64,000 nt of DNA from a virus. Lineage: Duplodnaviria > Caudoviricetes. The DNA lies in the IMG/VR virus record IMGVR_UViG_3300009671_000010, positions 32,001 through 96,000 of that record. One strand, written 5' to 3'. Position 1 is the stretch's first letter; each line of letters starts with the position of its first letter. The position numbers and the translations under genes are program-made. Below the pieces are notes generated by a model. That model worked only from the letters and a program-made list of their open reading frames with translations. It searched no databases and was not told where the DNA came from. Positions 63,001 through 64,000 of this stretch are shown here, piece after piece.

Positions 63001-63766
63001 CAGGAGTATCTTTTAAAAAACATCCCACTAGGAAGGTATTATCATTAATATTAAAATATTTTCTTCTTAATTCTTTTTTATTATCTAAAGGTTTCCATAT
63101 ACTAGTATCTACTCCATGAGGAATTACATTAATCTTTGCAACTTCTTTATTAATTACTATCCTACATGTTTTATTTATTTCATTTTTTGCCCATTCAGTA
63201 AATACAACTATTCTATCAGATAATCCAAGTGTATTGATAAGGTTTATCTTTGGAAGATATGGATTAATTGGATTGATTTCTGGAAATATACATTCACTGT
63301 CTATAGCTAAATATGGTACAAGTTTAAAACTATTTCTATTTCTTACCAGACCTAGATTATATAAACCCCAAATATCATTAATAGGAACAACTATGTCTGG
63401 TTTAAAATGGTTAATTACATAATAAACAGAATCATATCCATAACTCTCATTTCTACTTGGTATTCCACTAACACATACTTTTTGATCTTGATTATATGAA
63501 ACTAGGGGATGAACATTAATATATGAAATCTTCTTTTCTAAATTACAATATTCAATTACGTTACCTTTAGAACAACAGTTTTTATGTTCTTTTATAACAG
63601 TATAATTATGTATTGGTAGATCAACTATGGGTACGCTATTGTTTAAACCAAGTTGAGCTATTTCGAATTTATTACTTTTAAGAAGTTTTGTTATTATATT
63701 TCTACTAACTACTCCATACCCAGTATTTTTCATTACAGAATCACTTACAAATAAAACTTTTTTCAT
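60068..63766 (-). CDS. GT4-family glycosyltransferase interrupted by two inteins (about 480 aa after splicing)
   Basis: SDS...TGYGVV, IPHGVDTSIWKP, G|SISRNQPRK, SEGW|CLPLLETAAAGIP. Confidence 0.9.
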   Translation of the reverse strand: MKKVLFVSDSVMKNTGYGVVSRNIITKLLKSNKFEIAQLGLNNSVPIVDLPIHNYTVIKEHKNCCSKGNVIEYCNLEKKISYINVHPLVSYNQDQKVCVSGIPSRNESYGYDSVYYVINHFKPDIVVPINDIWGLYNLGLVRNRNSFKLVPYLAIDSECIFPEINPINPYLPKINLINTLGLSDRIVVFTEWAKNEINKTCRIVINKEVAKINVIPHGVDTSIWKPLDNKKELRRKYFNINDNTFLVGCFLKDTPVLMSDLTTKPIQDIKSGDEIINHLGEKDYVISPDPKEYNGDIYTLNIAGILDPITATQEHPFYAIHPNQKHGYPSINTCFNRQDPEWIEIKNLKEGSWLVEPIITDIIDIDEISTDEIEVKMKNAKKLPNKIKLDEDFMRYLGLFVAEGSFQYSWARGKKYEASLYFNFNSKEPELIKFVEDYSRKLNVNTNTRVSYRNSMDIGHVTIEVNSVQLFRLFKKLLNGDKCQTKSLSKEFLLLPPYKQLAFLKGWEEGNGCNTRDGRQIVITTCKEMARQAEILYARNKIACSITVDNYCNRLNSKHSIKYRVTTNLKELHIKIHNNFIYRRINSINKKYFNGTVYNFEVKNKNSYVIGNVGVHNSISRNQPRKRFDAVLQVVKIFKEKYQKPNRDLRVYFHCSPNDELGWNLPWLAKYYGVDEYCIFNKDLVPGKGPTTTQLNEIANCFDAHILLSNSEGWCSFGDTRIITPDGIKQLQDFNKDDLVITHNGNINKVIEPLSRNYTGTMYGFKYLGSSLTVWFTPNHRLFVANKELLKEWVPAGFVNKGHYLCLPKYKKLDSIENVIDTKYMIEKYTEYKVVEKNNFIYGLKNNKPNLKSKPVSLKLTIDENTAEFIGNYIAEGSCGHDDIKISINASSDDIIRNNTIELANKLKLNYKSYIMKRNRENICITSRTLSNLFKSFGSKAYNKKIPTEIYDILKTNEVLCKKFLNGVIEGDGHVSNKNGIVYTTTSEVLSYQIKYLFLTLGIYSKIYITKRKINRNSIVVQIQLFKDLKKCKEFINKCNNIDFSIKRKKIDYVLEDNDYFYIPIKKIFKKEYSGKVYNISVENDESYLTDGFAVHNCLPLLETAAAGIPNITTNYSAAADWGKDTFLLSKVSAYEHETRTGFIKALVDVNHTAKQLELLYNSEKMCREYSRKGIDLGKKLQWDTVTEDWVDLLDSIPLNFEQDRFKNLDPELVKRDLRDLNNKHMNLKYLP
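60476..61624 (-). mobile_element. Intein 4 (383 aa) with LAGLIDADG endonuclease
   Basis: CSFGDTRIIT, FTPNHRL, GNYIAEG, LNGVIEGDG, VYNISVENDESY...AVHN followed by Cys. Confidence 0.93.
61916..63022 (-). mobile_element. Intein 3 (369 aa) with LAGLIDADG-type endonuclease, second motif possibly degenerate
   Basis: CFLKDTPVLM, ATQEHPF, GLFVAEG, LKGWEEGNG, VYNFEV...VGVHN followed by Ser. Confidence 0.93.
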
Positions 63767-63912
63767 TCTTGTTCCTGTATTGTTTCCTTTTTAGATTTTC
63801 TCTTTTTGTTTTTTATTGGTTGTTTTTCTTCGACTACGGTATCAACTTTTTCATTATCTACTGTAGTTATCATGTTATTGATTGGTGGCATTTTTACTTT
63901 TCTTAGTAACAT
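63763..63912 (-). CDS. Small Lys/Glu-rich protein (49 aa), not in ORF track
   Basis: MLLRKVKMPP...KRKSKKETIQEQE*, ATGA-coupled to the GT4 gene. Confidence 0.5.
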   Translation of the reverse strand: MLLRKVKMPPINNMITTVDNEKVDTVVEEKQPIKNKKRKSKKETIQEQE

Positions 63913-64000
63913 TTAATTCATCCCTTAATGATGCTATGAAAGTACTATATATTTTACTAATCTGTTTTCTATTAAGATTAAATAAATCATTTGATTGTAC
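63875..64000 (-). CDS. 3' end of a gene truncated by the window edge
   Basis: Open frame VQSNDLFNLNRKQ...KNATNQ* from the window end. Confidence 0.45.
   Translation of the reverse strand, partial: VQSNDLFNLNRKQISKIYSTFIASLRDELNVTKKSKNATNQ

Noticed and set aside
649-63422. Many short antisense or alternate-frame ORFs in the track (e.g. 649-1074, 21762-22142, 34129-34494, 44607-45029, 59325-59597)
   Set aside because: They lie almost entirely within long, motif-bearing genes and have no RBS or recognisable motifs; they are shadow ORFs.
1-64000. Stop-codon reassignment, as in some huge or crAss-like phages
   Set aside because: Standard code already gives near-complete coding density; TAA, TGA and TAG all end genes at coupled junctions.
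1-64000. tRNA, rRNA or structured ncRNA genes
   Set aside because: Intergenic gaps are almost all under 70 bp and no cloverleaf or GC-rich structured island was seen.

Overview
A very AT-rich, densely coding (standard code) segment of a large myovirus-type (jumbo/huge) phage genome. Positions 1-51093 (+) form one continuous virion-morphogenesis operon. It opens with a 5'-truncated giant protein carrying two LAGLIDADG inteins and a PD-(D/E)xK nuclease domain. Next is a 2311-aa protein that appears to be a single-chain two-barrel RNA polymerase (beta-like KxxxxxGNK plus beta'-like RxP...DHDGD) fused to a DEDD exonuclease. A giant baseplate-hub protein, spike/gp25/baseplate-J genes, a mosaic tail fibre, a radical-SAM gene and many Asn/Tyr/Ile-rich structural proteins follow. 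Positions 51100-64000 (-) carry Hsp20 (behind a sigma54 plus IHF-type promoter), a ClpP-like protease and a glycan-synthesis cluster: two GT4 enzymes (one with two inteins), a fucosyltransferase-like GT, DUF616- and DUF5672-like proteins, a GT-A enzyme, two methyltransferases and an amidotransferase. The top leads are (1) a putative virion-packaged RNA polymerase-exonuclease fusion and (2) a strong Ser-Gly motif enrichment in a subset of structural proteins next to the glycosyltransferase cluster, suggesting a phage-encoded sequon-directed virion glycosylation system. All family calls come from motif recognition by eye, not database searches.
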